Origin: an uncultured Acidimicrobiia bacterium
GTDB lineage: Bacteria > Actinomycetota > Acidimicrobiia > Spongiisociales > UBA5794
NCBI GenBank assembly: GCA_963759175.1
Contig: CAVWXP010000019.1
Coordinates: 49,749 to 113,748, forward strand
Reading direction: 5' to 3'
Length of the DNA stretch: 64,000 nt
Shown here piece after piece: positions 62,857 to 64,000 of the stretch. Positions within the stretch are counted from its first letter, which is position 1; each line of letters opens with the position of its first letter. The translations under genes and the position numbers were made by a program. The notes under the pieces were generated by a model, which was not told the DNA's origin, did not search any database, and worked only from the letters and a program-made list of their open reading frames with translations.

Positions 62857-64000
62857 CTAGTGGATCGCTGCGCCGGTCTGGACGTCCCACAACGTCTGGT
62901 AGATGCCTGCGTGGTCGAGGAGCTGCTCGTGCGTACCGAACTCGGCGACACGCCCACCATCGACCACGTAGATGCGGTCGGCGTGGCGGATCGTCGACAG
63001 GCGGTGGGCGATGACGACCATCGTGCGGTTGTGGCTCACCCGGGCAAGCGACCGCTGGATGGCCGCTTCGGTCTCGTTGTCGACGGCAGAGGTGGCCTCA
63101 TCGAGGATGAGCACGGGGGAATCCGTGAGGAGTGCGCGGGCGATCGACAGTCGCTGGCGTTGGCCACCCGACAGCTTCTGGCCGCGTTCCCCGACGATCG
63201 TCTCATACCCCTGTGGGAGGCTGACGATGAAGTCGTGGGCCTCGGCGAGGCTGGCGGCGGCGATGATCTCGTCATGCGTCGCGTCGGGTCGGCCGTAGGC
63301 GACGTTCTCGGCGACCGTTCCATGGAACAGGAACACGTCCTGGCTGACCAGGGCCATCGACGATCGGAGGGTCGCCTGTTCGAGGTCGCGGATGTCGGCG
63401 CCGTCGAGTGTGATGCTTCCCGCATCCACGTCGTAGAACCGCAACAGCAGCTTGATCAGCGTCGTCTTGCCCGAACCGGTGGATCCGACGAACGCCGTCG
63501 TCTTGGCAGGGGCGATCTCGAGATTGGCACCCTCGAGCACGGGGTAGCCCTCGTCGTAGCTGAAGTCGACGTCGTGAAACTCGATCCGGCCCTCCACCAC
63601 GGACGTATCGAGGCGCATGGGTCCGTCCTCGATGGTCGCCTCGGCGTCGAGGACATCGAGGATCCGATTCGTGGAGGCCATGGCGCGCTGGTAGAGGTCG
63701 ACCGTCTGACCGAGTCGGGTGAGTGGCCAAAGGAGGCGCTGGGTCAGGAACACCATCACCGAGTAGAGCCCGATGTTCAGGGTTCCGTCGATGGCCAGGA
63801 AACCGCCCCACACGAGCGTCGCCGTGAACCCGATGAGGATCGCGATGCGGATGAGCGGGGTGAACGCCGACGACAGCTTGATGGCGGCTTCGTTGGCTCG
63901 GCGGTAGCCATCGGAGGCCTCGGCGATCCGCTCGGTCTCGCGGTCCTCGGCCGTGAAGGCCTTGATCGTCGAGATGCCCCCGATGTTGTTGCCGAGTTGG
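62857..64000 (-). CDS. ABC exporter ATP-binding/permease (5' truncated by window)
   Basis: [29 protein letters not shown]; TMD continues beyond the edge. Confidence 0.93.
   Translation of the reverse strand, partial: QLGNNIGGISTIKAFTAEDRETERIAEASDGYRRANEAAIKLSSAFTPLIRIAILIGFTATLVWGGFLAIDGTLNIGLYSVMVFLTQRLLWPLTRLGQTVDLYQRAMASTNRILDVLDAEATIEDGPMRLDTSVVEGRIEFHDVDFSYDEGYPVLEGANLEIAPAKTTAFVGSTGSGKTTLIKLLLRFYDVDAGSITLDGADIRDLEQATLRSSMALVSQDVFLFHGTVAENVAYGRPDATHDEIIAAASLAEAHDFIVSLPQGYETIVGERGQKLSGGQRQRLSIARALLTDSPVLILDEATSAVDNETEAAIQRSLARVSHNRTMVVIAHRLSTIRHADRIYVVDGGRVAEFGTHEQLLDHAGIYQTLWDVQTGAAIH

Overview
High-GC (roughly two-thirds G+C by eye) chromosomal segment, most likely from an Actinomycetota genome and probably class Acidimicrobiia. 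That placement is inferred from NucS, F420-type LLM oxidoreductases, many leaderless genes and a LipB-LipA fusion. The window is mostly housekeeping. In order it holds: the end of a two-component system; an ArsR/ArsI(CadI) module; a GNAT-ACD lysine acetyltransferase; a partial menaquinone cluster (menF, D, A, B, E); peptidases; a heterodimeric ABC exporter; an Eis-like GNAT; gltB without an adjacent gltD; a SUF Fe-S system split into three units with two sufC paralogues; nucS, a group-2 sigma factor, udgB, cobB and fumC; a DsbB/TlpA pair; lpdA-E2-lipB/lipA; tkt, pepA and a rhodanese-MoeB. I found no rRNA, tRNA, CRISPR array, integrase or transposase. The most unusual signals are: (i) nested 7-bp-period repeat arrays with a shared hairpin core bracketing a VOC gene; (ii) a 60-bp REP-like repeat cluster; (iii) two C-rich-loop stem-loops flanking sufB, one behind a GGAAC-N18-GTT promoter (sRNA candidates); (iv) the duplicated SufC; (v) the LipB-LipA fusion; (vi) unannotated small proteins. 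Several frameshifts look like single-base homopolymer errors and are probably assembly artefacts. No clearly new multi-gene system can be demonstrated from sequence alone.
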